A stretch of 64,000 nt of DNA from a virus (Duplodnaviria > Caudoviricetes), in IMG/VR virus record IMGVR_UViG_3300032167_003270, positions 96,001 to 160,000 of that record. One strand, given 5' to 3'. The notes under the pieces were generated by a model that did no database searches, was not told the DNA's origin, and worked only from the letters and a program-made list of their open reading frames with translations. Positions 1 through 9,212 of the stretch are shown one piece after another. Numbering within the stretch: position 1 is the first letter of the stretch; each line of letters starts with the position of its first letter. The position numbers were made by a program, and so were the translations under genes.

Positions 1-197
1 TGTAATTCTTCTGGCATATCAGAAAAATGACTATATACATCGTCATTAAAAACAACAGTAACATATCCACGAACATCAATATCAACTGTGTCATTTCCAT
101 CTTCATAATGACAAATATTTGTATTACTATCATAACACATACTATCTGGTAATTTACCATCTGAAAATTCATTTAAATCAACATACATTTTAAACAT
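1..197 (-). CDS. hypothetical protein (runs off window start)
   Basis: ATG at 197 preceded by AAGGGGGA RBS; frame MFKNVYVDLNEFSDGK... open to position 1. Confidence 0.7.
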   Translation of the reverse strand, partial: MFKMYVDLNEFSDGKLPDSMCYDSNTNICHYEDGNDTVDIDVRGYVTVVFNDDVYSHFSDMPEEL

Positions 198-216
198 AAT
201 TGTTCCCCCTTATTTA

Positions 217-672
217 TTATTGTATAAGTTCATATAAACTCGTTTGTTCAATCTTATGTGCATAAGGAAAATCAGGTAAGTTTTTAACTTTATTTGTAAT
301 AACATAAGTTATTAAAGATTTATCATTCAATGATGTTATAGAATAAGCGTATATTCCTAAAAGTGTTCCTATTTCCCAAACTGGAAATTCTTCTTTTGTG
401 TGCTGTTTTGAATTAAATATAATATAAAAATCTTCTTCTATTGGAATAGTTAGTCCGTTAATACAACCTGGATGAATGTATTTATTAAATTCATTTTGTA
501 ATTCTTTACCTAAAATATTTAAATATACTATTCCACCACAGATACCAAAATGTAATAATTTTTTTATTATTTCAATTCTACAATGGTTATCTTTAATAAT
601 TATTTTATCTTCTGTTTCTTCTATATAATGTTTTGAAATATCTAATTCATATAAAAATTCTGGTATTGTCAT
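217..672 (-). CDS. hypothetical protein
   Basis: 151-aa ORF, AAGGAG RBS, tight packing with neighbours. Confidence 0.75.
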   Translation of the reverse strand: MTIPEFLYELDISKHYIEETEDKIIIKDNHCRIEIIKKLLHFGICGGIVYLNILGKELQNEFNKYIHPGCINGLTIPIEEDFYIIFNSKQHTKEEFPVWEIGTLLGIYAYSITSLNDKSLITYVITNKVKNLPDFPYAHKIEQTSLYELIQ

Positions 673-685
673 AATATTTCTCCTT

Positions 686-1303
686 TTAATTATCTAAATC
701 TTCTAAATAATAATCTAAATCTTCTTTAAATGATTGTACTTGGTATTGTTTATACTTATCAATAATAGAATAACATTCAATAATAGGTTTACAATATTTT
801 AATGCGTCTGAATAAAATTCATTTATAATATATTCTAATCCCTCTATTGCTCTTTCTTGGTATTCTACATCTTCTTCTTCGACAATCATACCACTAGCGT
901 CTAAATTTATATAATCAAAATCATAAGCCCCAACTGCATTATTATATAAATCATAAATAATATAATTAGGTTTATCCATTTGTAAATCGTGTAAATAAAA
1001 ACTGCTAGTTCTTCCTATATAATGTTGTAATTTTTTAAATTCCCAATCATATTCGTCACATTCAAGTAAAAAGCGTTCATAATAATTCTCACAAAAGATA
1101 GAAAAATAATCTGTTCCACTGTGGAAATTTGTTTTTTCATACTCGGCTAATAATGGATAATCTTTTTCAAACTCTGTACTATAATACATATGTGCGTCAT
1201 ATAATTTTAAATCCATATAATTAAAAGCGTCTTTATGTTCATTAATATAATCAAGAACTTTTTTAATTACTTCATTTGCTTTAATTACATATTCTTTATA
1301 CAT
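686..1303 (-). CDS. hypothetical acidic protein
   Basis: 205-aa ORF with AAGGGGG RBS. Confidence 0.75.
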   Translation of the reverse strand: MYKEYVIKANEVIKKVLDYINEHKDAFNYMDLKLYDAHMYYSTEFEKDYPLLAEYEKTNFHSGTDYFSIFCENYYERFLLECDEYDWEFKKLQHYIGRTSSFYLHDLQMDKPNYIIYDLYNNAVGAYDFDYINLDASGMIVEEEDVEYQERAIEGLEYIINEFYSDALKYCKPIIECYSIIDKYKQYQVQSFKEDLDYYLEDLDN

Positions 1304-1325
1304 TATATATACCCCCTTATTTTAT

Positions 1326-1361
1326 AAAAAATGACCTATCTTAATATAAAGATAAGTCATT
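1326..1361 (-). terminator. rho-independent terminator
   Basis: - strand AATGACTTATCTT-TATATT-AAGATAGGTCATT followed by T run. Confidence 0.75.
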
Positions 1362-1373
1362 GTTTAATTTCCA

Positions 1374-1571
1374 TTATATTTCAAGTAAATCAATATTTTC
1401 ACGCATTTTAGCCATTTCACTTGCAGGATTTATTGGAATAGCATACGCAAATATTTTTTCATAACTTAATTTTGCATTTAGTCCTAAAACAATTTCAGAT
1501 AATTGTTCTTTATTAAAATCACTTTTATCAAAGAAACAAAATAAGAAAAACCTATCTAATTCCGTAATCAT
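1374..1571 (-). CDS. small protein with FxxxQLxEIxxGL...YAxP repeat unit
   Basis: AAAGGAG RBS before MITELD (1571); resembles 3285..3479 and N-terminus of 1677..3275. Confidence 0.65.
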   Translation of the reverse strand: MITELDRFFLFCFFDKSDFNKEQLSEIVLGLNAKLSYEKIFAYAIPINPASEMAKMRENIDLLEI

Positions 1572-1636
1572 AACATATTCATCTCCTTTCAAGCATATTA
1601 ACACTCTATTATTATTAAATAGGGCTTAAAAGAAAG

Positions 1637-1667
1637 TAGGACTTATCCAAATAACGAATAAGTCCTA
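1637..1667 (-). terminator. rho-independent terminator
   Basis: TAGGACTTAT...ATAAGTCCTA inverted repeat followed by CTTTCTTTT on - strand, just after 532-aa gene. Confidence 0.7.
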
Positions 1668-1676
1668 TTATATATG

Positions 1677-3275
1677 TTACATTGTTTCTAATGTATCTAA
1701 AGCATTATTTAAGTCTACTAAATAGTCCTTAAATTCAGGAATACCTTCAATCAATATAATTGAGCGTTTAATTGCCTTTTTAAGGTCTGCCTTTGTTTTA
1801 ACTTTTACAGTATATTCAAGGTCGTGTTTATCTTCTTCGATTTTGAATAAATATTTATGTACATCCTCTTTAGATTTAGTATCTTCAATTTTTTCCATTG
1901 TAATAATTTCAACATCAGGTGTATCTTTTAAACTAATAGCAATTTTACCCATATCTAATGACATAGGAACAAAACTCTTTGAAGATATAAATAAATCTTT
2001 AAATTCTTCTTCATCATAGTAATCTTCTTCGTCATAGTCTTCTGTTTCAACAACCTCATATTTTGCGACAAGAGTTGGAACACTATCAATAAGTCCTTTA
2101 TCCTTAAAGAAACCAACTAAAATTGAAGAATCTGTACCACTCTTTTCAATAAGGGTTATAAAATCACTAAAATCTTCGGTAGGAATAGTTTTAATCATTT
2201 CAGCAACAGTTTTAGTATCTTCAACTTTACACAAATCTACAACTGCTTTTACATCTCTTGTACCAAACTTATCAAAACTATTCATATAAATAACTAATTC
2301 TTCATCAGATAATGACGCTGTATCGAAAATTAAAGTAAATACGTCATATTTATCTAAATATGCTTTATAAACATCTGGTGAAATTTTATTAGTTCTTAAT
2401 CGTTTAAGTAATGTAATAATTCGGTCATCTGTTGTAGGCTTACCACTTGCAAAATACAATGTATAATCAGCACCACCATATTTATTACAAAGAGTTATAT
2501 CTGATACTTTATAACATTCTTTTGTAATAAATAAATTGATAATATCTGACTTACTAAAAATAACTGATTTATCAGCAAAGTTAATTATTTTATTCAAATC
2601 ATTTTCTGAAAAAGATTTTAAATTCTTTAACCAAGTTTCTTTAATAGTTATATGACTTAACATTTCACTTAATTTAATGAAATTATTAATAGTAGTAGTA
2701 TTGAAACTATCCAAATTATAATATAACTCTTTAATAATTTCAATATTTCCAAAACTATCAAGAACTTTAAGGAATAATCTAAATCTCTCAATATCAATTT
2801 TTCCGTTGATAAAATCAGTAATTGCTAATTTAACATAAGTGGATTTTGTGTTTGTTGATAATTTAGATAATAAGTTAATATCATCTTCTGTGATAGATGC
2901 TTCTTTTTCTAATAAGATACGGATAATTTTTCTATTCTTAATATCAGGTCTAGCAATAATATCTAATTTATCTTTAGATAAGTGACGAGATTTACCAATA
3001 TATAATTGTTGTACTACATCGTCTGCTTGGTCGCCATAAGATTGATATTTACTAATTTCTCCAACTGAAAGTTTATTACCACCCACAACATAGTCCATAA
3101 GTAAACCCATAGAAAGTGGAGATAACCAGGGATGTGCAATTTGTGCAATAGTTGATTCGTCAATTTTAGCATTATACATATCATTAATTACAAATGACTG
3201 TTCGGCAGAAAATTGGTCACTTGTATAAATTGAATCTGATAATGCTTTATCTGTTAAAATACTCATTTCTTCCAT
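1677..3275 (-). CDS. hypothetical 532-aa protein with N-terminal helical repeat units
   Basis: long ORF, AAAGGAG RBS; FSAEQ...IAHP and ...IIARP units. Confidence 0.8.
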   Translation of the reverse strand: MEEMSILTDKALSDSIYTSDQFSAEQSFVINDMYNAKIDESTIAQIAHPWLSPLSMGLLMDYVVGGNKLSVGEISKYQSYGDQADDVVQQLYIGKSRHLSKDKLDIIARPDIKNRKIIRILLEKEASITEDDINLLSKLSTNTKSTYVKLAITDFINGKIDIERFRLFLKVLDSFGNIEIIKELYYNLDSFNTTTINNFIKLSEMLSHITIKETWLKNLKSFSENDLNKIINFADKSVIFSKSDIINLFITKECYKVSDITLCNKYGGADYTLYFASGKPTTDDRIITLLKRLRTNKISPDVYKAYLDKYDVFTLIFDTASLSDEELVIYMNSFDKFGTRDVKAVVDLCKVEDTKTVAEMIKTIPTEDFSDFITLIEKSGTDSSILVGFFKDKGLIDSVPTLVAKYEVVETEDYDEEDYYDEEEFKDLFISSKSFVPMSLDMGKIAISLKDTPDVEIITMEKIEDTKSKEDVHKYLFKIEEDKHDLEYTVKVKTKADLKKAIKRSIILIEGIPEFKDYLVDLNNALDTLETM

Positions 3276-3284
3276 CTCTCCTTT

Positions 3285-3479
3285 TTATACCGATAGTTTT
3301 ATTTTGTGTTTATGTAATTTACTTTCACGCATTTCTTTCATTTTATTAGCGTCTATTGTGGGTAAAGCATAATTTACCTCAATACCTGCTAATAAACCTA
3401 ATTTAATTTCTTTTAATTGAGCCTCATTAAAATCCCATTCGTCAAAGACACAATTACAAAAGAATTTACCAAGTACCAT
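3285..3479 (-). CDS. small protein, paralog of 1374..1571
   Basis: FNEAQLKEIKLGL...YALP...MKEMRE vs FNKEQLSEIVLGL...YAIP...MAKMRE. Confidence 0.7.
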   Translation of the reverse strand: MVLGKFFCNCVFDEWDFNEAQLKEIKLGLLAGIEVNYALPTIDANKMKEMRESKLHKHKIKLSV

Positions 3480-3496
3480 AATAATTTCCTTTCTCT

Positions 3497-3967
3497 TTAA
3501 TAATCTAATAAAGTTCCTGTTTTTGTGTCAATGATACGCTGATTAAGAGAGCCTTTAAATGCTAATGTAGTATCTTTTAAATCTTCTCTAAATTCTCCAT
3601 CTACTACAACATCTACATATTTCATTACTTCTAAATCCTTTGAATCTCTATAAAGATTTCCTGTATATAACCAAATTGTCTTATTTGGAAATCTCTCTTT
3701 AAATTCTTTACATAATGCTGTTACTTCTTTAATGTTCTTTTTATATAATGGGTCGCCTCCAGAAATAGTTAATCCATCAATATTATCAGTTATACAACTA
3801 AATAAATATTCTTTTGTTTTTTCTGTAAAAGGTGTTCCATTATTAGGATTCCAACTCTCTTTATTGTGACATCCTTTACAATGGTGGCTACAACCACTCA
3901 CAAATAATACAGTACGCCAACCTATTCCATCAGCAATACTTGTTTTGTATATTGACATATAATTCAT
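3497..3967 (-). CDS. nrdG: anaerobic ribonucleotide reductase activating protein (radical SAM)
   Basis: DGIGWRTVLFVSGC, CxxxCxxC (CSHHCKGC), GLTISGGDP, DVVVDGEF, FKGSLNQRII; GGAGG RBS before ATG at 3967. Confidence 0.95.
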   Translation of the reverse strand: MNYMSIYKTSIADGIGWRTVLFVSGCSHHCKGCHNKESWNPNNGTPFTEKTKEYLFSCITDNIDGLTISGGDPLYKKNIKEVTALCKEFKERFPNKTIWLYTGNLYRDSKDLEVMKYVDVVVDGEFREDLKDTTLAFKGSLNQRIIDTKTGTLLDY

Positions 3968-4006
3968 ATAATTTTCCTCCAAATTCTCTTATAATTAAAT
4001 ATATCT

Positions 4007-4450
4007 TTAAATATTTAATTCATTCTTAATACTAGCCAACATATTTAAGATTTTGACTTGTTTATCTTTATCATATTCAATCTCATCAACTGCTTCTTCA
4101 TATAATTTGGCTGTATAATAAAATACTACTTTATCTTTAAATTCTTTACCTGCAAATTTTGTGTTCTTTAAATATGCTTTTGCATCAGAACCCCAATGTT
4201 GATAACCTGGTCCAAATATATCACTACCAGATTCGTCATAAATAATGTCGAATACATCTTGTGGATTGTCAAAGAAACTATATGCAGCTTCTGCATCTCC
4301 GTCATAATAAGAATTTACCCATTGCCATTGACTTTCCGAGCAATATTTAACATTTCGTACCAATTTTTTTTGATGTTCATTATACTCATCCACACCTAAA
4401 TAAGATTTAAGTTTATTTCCTAAACCTAATTCTTGTCTGTACTCAACCAT
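4007..4450 (-). CDS. hypothetical protein
   Basis: 147-aa ORF, AGGAGG RBS. Confidence 0.75.
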   Translation of the reverse strand: MVEYRQELGLGNKLKSYLGVDEYNEHQKKLVRNVKYCSESQWQWVNSYYDGDAEAAYSFFDNPQDVFDIIYDESGSDIFGPGYQHWGSDAKAYLKNTKFAGKEFKDKVVFYYTAKLYEEAVDEIEYDKDKQVKILNMLASIKNELNI

Positions 4451-4465
4451 AAATAATTCCTCCTT

Positions 4466-4888
4466 TTATTTTAACATTGCTATATTTAATACTGTGTGAT
4501 AACATTTCATATTTGGAACATATCCACTAAAAAATATTTTATCATCATTTGTAAGCCATTTTGACAATGCAGCACAAATTCCAGCACTTCTTGAAATACC
4601 TGCGTCACAATGTACGATTATTAAATCAATAGAATTTTTATAATCATCTACAAATTCAACAATTTGTTTTGCTTGTAATTCTGATATAGGCATTTCATCC
4701 CCATATTGTTCTTCTACATCATCAAATGCTAATTTTAATATAGCCATTATATTATTTTTAAATGTAATATCTACATTTGGTCTTGTTTTATCCGAAGGAG
4801 TTTTAATTGAAATCATAATTGATTTATCATTATGTGTTTCTTTACAATATTTCTCTGCTTCATTTCTACTAAATACTTGAAATTTCAT
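4466..4888 (-). CDS. tyrosine/dual-specificity phosphatase family protein
   Basis: CX5R P-loop VHCDAGISRSAG; FDD loop upstream. Confidence 0.85.
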   Translation of the reverse strand: MKFQVFSRNEAEKYCKETHNDKSIMISIKTPSDKTRPNVDITFKNNIMAILKLAFDDVEEQYGDEMPISELQAKQIVEFVDDYKNSIDLIIVHCDAGISRSAGICAALSKWLTNDDKIFFSGYVPNMKCYHTVLNIAMLK

Positions 4889-4889
4889 T

Positions 4890-5447
4890 CTATTCTCCTT
4901 TTTCTAATATCTTTTTCATTTGTTGTCTATATATAAAATAAATGACTAATAGTAATAAGGATATAAACTCACTAGAATTAATCATAAAACGGTCAAAATC
5001 ACTCATCATATTTTGCATTATAATAGGTATATTGTTTTCTAGCATATATATACATTTTGCAAAATATCTTGCATAACTAATTAAAGTTAAAAATTTCCAA
5101 ACAATACTAATTCCAAATAAACTTAAACATATAATATTTATTTTATTTGAAAATGGATTAAACTTATTTGTATTTTTATACACTCTTATAATTAAATAGG
5201 GCGAGATTATTATTAGTCCGTGAATAATTATCCACATAAATAATCCATATAATACAGTTAATTTTATGTCTGTTATAAAAGGAAATGGTACTATATTATA
5301 TAAAAAACTTAATATAAGCGATATATAAATAGGAATACATCCTTTTATCCATACCTTTTTCATTTGTTCTTTGTCTTTATGCTTTAAATTTAAGAACACA
5401 CTTAATAAACAAAGAATACTAATTAAATCAAAATAAAATGCTGTCAT
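4890..5447 (-). CDS. hypothetical multi-pass membrane protein
   Basis: about 5 hydrophobic segments. Confidence 0.7.
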   Translation of the reverse strand: MTAFYFDLISILCLLSVFLNLKHKDKEQMKKVWIKGCIPIYISLILSFLYNIVPFPFITDIKLTVLYGLFMWIIIHGLIIISPYLIIRVYKNTNKFNPFSNKINIICLSLFGISIVWKFLTLISYARYFAKCIYMLENNIPIIMQNMMSDFDRFMINSSEFISLLLLVIYFIYRQQMKKILEKGE

Positions 5448-5467
5448 TTAATAATTTCCTTTCTATT

Positions 5468-5501
5468 AAAAAAATAGCCTAGATTTATAAACTAGGCTAT
5501 T
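5468..5501 (-). terminator. rho-independent terminator
   Basis: AATAGCCTAG...CTAGGCTATT inverted repeat followed by T run on - strand. Confidence 0.75.
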
Positions 5502-5763
5502 ATAAATTTCGTTCTAAATCTTCTATTCTATTATATAAAAATTCATCTTCAAAGTTTACACTTTGACAAAAAGGTTTAAGATTTAAACAATCACTACATT
5601 GACACGATATAAATAATTGACTATAAGCATTATCATAATTTTCAAAGATTTCTCTTGTAGATTTCATTCTCATAGCAAATTCTTGATATTTATGTCGTTC
5701 TATATATGTATAATATTCTTTTTCACAATTTACGCATATAAAATTATATTTCAATAATTCCAT
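5500..5763 (-). CDS. small putative zinc-binding protein
   Basis: CVNC and CQCSDC motifs, GGAG RBS. Confidence 0.65.
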   Translation of the reverse strand: MELLKYNFICVNCEKEYYTYIERHKYQEFAMRMKSTREIFENYDNAYSQLFISCQCSDCLNLKPFCQSVNFEDEFLYNRIEDLERNL

Positions 5764-5776
5764 TTTTATATCACTC

Positions 5777-6175
5777 CTAAAATCTATTTGATATTAGTAT
5801 TGATAAATTAAATTCATTATGTGTAATAGTAAAAGTATAATTCTTATTGTGGAAATTTAATTCATTTACTTTTCTATATTTCATACCTAAATTATTCTTA
5901 ATCAAGTTTATAGTTGTTTCAAAATTATTAGTAATGTTAGGTAAATTGTATATATTAATGGCATTATATACTGTAAATAGTAGTTTAATCTGATTATTCC
6001 TATCTATATGTATATTCAAAACACCACTAATATTACAAAATACCACATTAACAATAGTATAAGTCTTTATACCATTTTGAATTTCATAGGATATATCATA
6101 TGACCCTAAAAACTTTAATATTGGTGTATTATCAATATAAATTTGTTTGTTTGTCACAGATAAATAATAAATCAT
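5777..6175 (-). CDS. hypothetical protein
   Basis: 132-aa ORF in operon-like run. Confidence 0.6.
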   Translation of the reverse strand: MIYYLSVTNKQIYIDNTPILKFLGSYDISYEIQNGIKTYTIVNVVFCNISGVLNIHIDRNNQIKLLFTVYNAINIYNLPNITNNFETTINLIKNNLGMKYRKVNELNFHNKNYTFTITHNEFNLSILISNRF

Positions 6176-6190
6176 AAGTCTATTCTCTCA

Positions 6191-6391
6191 TTAGTTTACT
6201 AATTCAAAAGTATTATTTACACATTCTCCAATTTCTTGAAGTTTATTTAAGGCTTTTGTTGCATTTCCCTTTGTATTATATACTTTTGCTTTTTCATAAT
6301 CATAGGTATTTACAAAATGTCCACCTTTAGTATCAATAGACTCTACATATCCTGATTCATTGCTATACTTGTTTGTCCATTTAATCTTCAT
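6191..6391 (-). CDS. hypothetical protein
   Basis: 66-aa ORF, 2-nt gap after upstream gene. Confidence 0.65.
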   Translation of the reverse strand: MKIKWTNKYSNESGYVESIDTKGGHFVNTYDYEKAKVYNTKGNATKALNKLQEIGECVNNTFELVN

Positions 6392-6393
6392 CT

Positions 6394-7191
6394 CTAATTA
6401 TTCTCCTTTAACTTATCAAACATAAAGTTTGTATTTTTATCTTGGGAAATCACAAAATGTTCCCCATACTTCGGTTTACTATCTAAAAATTTAGTATTAT
6501 AAAACATATGATTTAAGTCTGTTGCCTTTCTAGTATCAACATTCACTATAAACCCACTAGGTATTGTGGTCTGTCCAAACATATACTCCATATTTTCTAC
6601 ATTTGATGTATTAAACTCTTCTGGTAATTGAAAATTACTTGGAATTTTTGTTTTATAAAACATATACCTAGTATATTTTAGATTATTTGTATTAGATAAG
6701 CAAGGACTAATATCTAAATTACTTGGTATTCTACTACCTACAAATAATAAAGATAAGTCTATTATATCTTTTACAATAAATCTCTTACTAAATTTTAAAT
6801 TGTCTGGAAGTTTCATCCAAGAAAATAATCCCACTAAACTGGACGCATTTATTGGGGTTTCAATCGGACAACCATCATATCGACTTGTATTAAATCTTAA
6901 TATACTTTGATTATCCCAATCCTTATCAGTATGATAGTGGTCCGAATTGTATATTACCCAATTTTTGTTTCCTGTTGTTTCGTGAAAGAATTTGTAATTT
7001 GGAACTCCCAATCGCTCTAATAATCGCAATCTATCATATTCATCATATGGATTTATAAAATATGAATTACCATCTGCATAAATATGGGCTTTATCAAATT
7101 GTTCGTGAAATGCAATTTCTTCATTTGTAGCACCACCCATTATGCAAATAAGTTCTTGCTCTTTAGAGTTGTCTTTAAGTGCAAACGCCAT
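6394..7191 (-). CDS. DUF285/BspA-like repeat protein
   Basis: repeats such as FNTSNVENMEYMF, TRKATDLNHMF, NLKYTRYMF. Confidence 0.7.
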   Translation of the reverse strand: MAFALKDNSKEQELICIMGGATNEEIAFHEQFDKAHIYADGNSYFINPYDEYDRLRLLERLGVPNYKFFHETTGNKNWVIYNSDHYHTDKDWDNQSILRFNTSRYDGCPIETPINASSLVGLFSWMKLPDNLKFSKRFIVKDIIDLSLLFVGSRIPSNLDISPCLSNTNNLKYTRYMFYKTKIPSNFQLPEEFNTSNVENMEYMFGQTTIPSGFIVNVDTRKATDLNHMFYNTKFLDSKPKYGEHFVISQDKNTNFMFDKLKENN

Positions 7192-7219
7192 TTCTTTCTA
7201 CCTACCTTTATTTTTCCCT

Positions 7220-8275
7220 TTAAATCTTTGATACAATACCTAAATGTTTCTTACGGTGCTGTACCTCATCAACCTTACCCTTATTAAAGGCTGATAAATA
7301 ATCTTCTGTTATATATCCTGTAACTCTTCTTAATCTCTTGATTTCTGAACAGCCACAAGCAGGACAATTATCATTGATTTCTCCTGTCCAACCACACTTT
7401 TGACAAATATCATTAGGTAAATTTAATCCTAAATACGGAATATCTTTATCCATAGCATATACTACTAATTCTTCTAATGCGTCAATATTATGACTAGCAG
7501 ATGAGTCTAATTCTACATAAGTAATACAACCTGCATTTGAATATCCTGTTAATTGACTTTCTAAGTCAATTTTCTCAAATGGTGTAATATCATACCATAC
7601 AGGAATATGAATTGAATTAGTAAAGAACTCTTTATCTGATACATTAGGAATAATTCCATATTTTTCCTTAAATTTATTTAATGCTGTGTGGCATAATGAT
7701 TCAGCTGGGGTATAATAAACTCCAAAATTTAAATGAATATCTTGTCCTAAAATATTATAAGTTTCTTCCTTATATTCAGCACACTTTGTATTAAATAATT
7801 CTTCAATTTGTTTAGCAAGTTCCATTCCCTCTTCTGTAGTATGGTCTTTACCAATAAGAATTTGTAAACACTCTGCTATACCAATTTGACCAATAGCAAG
7901 TGTTCCGTGTTTTAATGCCGATATAATACCTTGTTCAGGTTCATATCCAACCATAGTATTATTATAGTACATAAAAGTTGCAGATGTAGGAGATTGACTA
8001 GCAATTAAAGTAAATCTTTCAATTAAACTATCTCTACATTCTTCAATCTTTTTAGTTAATCTAGCCATAAAATCACTAATACTCTTATGTCCTAAATCAC
8101 CACGAGTTTGCATTGCAATAGTAGGAAGAATAAGTGTCGCTGGTGCAATATTTCCTCTACCATCTTTTTGATTACCTGTATATAAGTAATTTTCTGGTGC
8201 TTTATTATAACGAAGAATATATTTAACCACTTTATTAAAATTAAAGTTAGCATCATACCCGTTGTAAGTTCTACA
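7220..8275 (-). CDS. nrdD: anaerobic ribonucleoside-triphosphate reductase, exon 2
   Basis: begins CRTYNGYD; DGRGNI, TPAESLC, FFTNS, CxxC..CxxC, glycyl-radical RRVTGY. Confidence 0.95.
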   Translation of the reverse strand, partial: CRTYNGYDANFNFNKVVKYILRYNKAPENYLYTGNQKDGRGNIAPATLILPTIAMQTRGDLGHKSISDFMARLTKKIEECRDSLIERFTLIASQSPTSATFMYYNNTMVGYEPEQGIISALKHGTLAIGQIGIAECLQILIGKDHTTEEGMELAKQIEELFNTKCAEYKEETYNILGQDIHLNFGVYYTPAESLCHTALNKFKEKYGIIPNVSDKEFFTNSIHIPVWYDITPFEKIDLESQLTGYSNAGCITYVELDSSASHNIDALEELVVYAMDKDIPYLGLNLPNDICQKCGWTGEINDNCPACGCSEIKRLRRVTGYITEDYLSAFNKGKVDEVQHRKKHLGIVSKI

Positions 8276-9212
8276 CGTTTTTATCTAATGTTACCATTAG
8301 CACTGACTATATCTTCTACCTAAATGTTTATTCATTTAGCCTTAATTCGCACAAAAGGGGATTTCTCCATAGTCTTCCGCTTCGGATGTGTGCTTATCTC
8401 ACACCCTACATTAGTTAAAAATCTTTTTTTAATTTATTATCTTCAAAGCATTTAAAAGTTGGAACTAATTCTCTAATTTGTGGAATAAATTTTCTAGCTT
8501 CTTTTGTTCCACATCTAATTAAATATTTATTTTTATCTTTACAAATTTTAAATTGAACATCAAACAATTCTTTTATCTTATTTACTAATCTATCACATTC
8601 TTCATAAGAACAATATAAACTAATAGTACAATTATATGCGTGGATTATTCCATTTCTTTTTTTAGGGATTAAACTACCATCATCACAATATAAAATGGCT
8701 ATACAAAACTTATCTAAATTATTAACTATGGTTTTTGAATAATATTTATGGTTCATAACTCCATATAACAATTTTCTTATTTCTCTTCCATTATCGTGAT
8801 TATTGTAAACTCCCTTTTTAAAAATATATGCGTCATATCCATTATTATTTTTTTTATATACTCTATCTTCACAATTAAATAATTGTGCTTTATATCTTAA
8901 ATATTCTTCTTGATTTGATTGATGTAAAATTTCAAAAGTTCCATCTTTGCTTATATGTCCGTCACCTAACGAACAAGCTAATAATAATTTATTCATAATT
9001 TTTTAAACTCCTTTACACATTTTGTGTAATTCATCATTACCTAGTCGATACACTTCTATTTTAATAATTTAACTATTAAAATATTTAGCACGGTCTACTC
9101 ACATATATAGACTTACAAACTATATAAGGACTTAACCGTTAGCAACTATATTATTATAGTCACACCCTTTAGCAAGGTTCAAAAGATTTTAGATGAGCTG
9201 TAGTTTACACTT
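8276..9212 (-). mobile_element. group I intron (937 nt) in nrdD
   Basis: 5' exon ends AUGGGU pairing with IGS GCUCAU (U-G at splice site); terminal G; 3' exon UGUAG pairs with CUACA (P10); P7 GACUA (~9042-9046) / AAGAUAUAGUC (~8305-8315); splicing restores STMG|CRT in frame. Confidence 0.93.
8415..8996 (-). CDS. intron-encoded LAGLIDADG homing endonuclease (two-motif)
   Basis: LLACSLGDG and IAILYCDDG motifs; own AAAGGAG RBS; lies between P7 strands. Confidence 0.88.
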   Translation of the reverse strand: MNKLLLACSLGDGHISKDGTFEILHQSNQEEYLRYKAQLFNCEDRVYKKNNNGYDAYIFKKGVYNNHDNGREIRKLLYGVMNHKYYSKTIVNNLDKFCIAILYCDDGSLIPKKRNGIIHAYNCTISLYCSYEECDRLVNKIKELFDVQFKICKDKNKYLIRCGTKEARKFIPQIRELVPTFKCFEDNKLKKDF

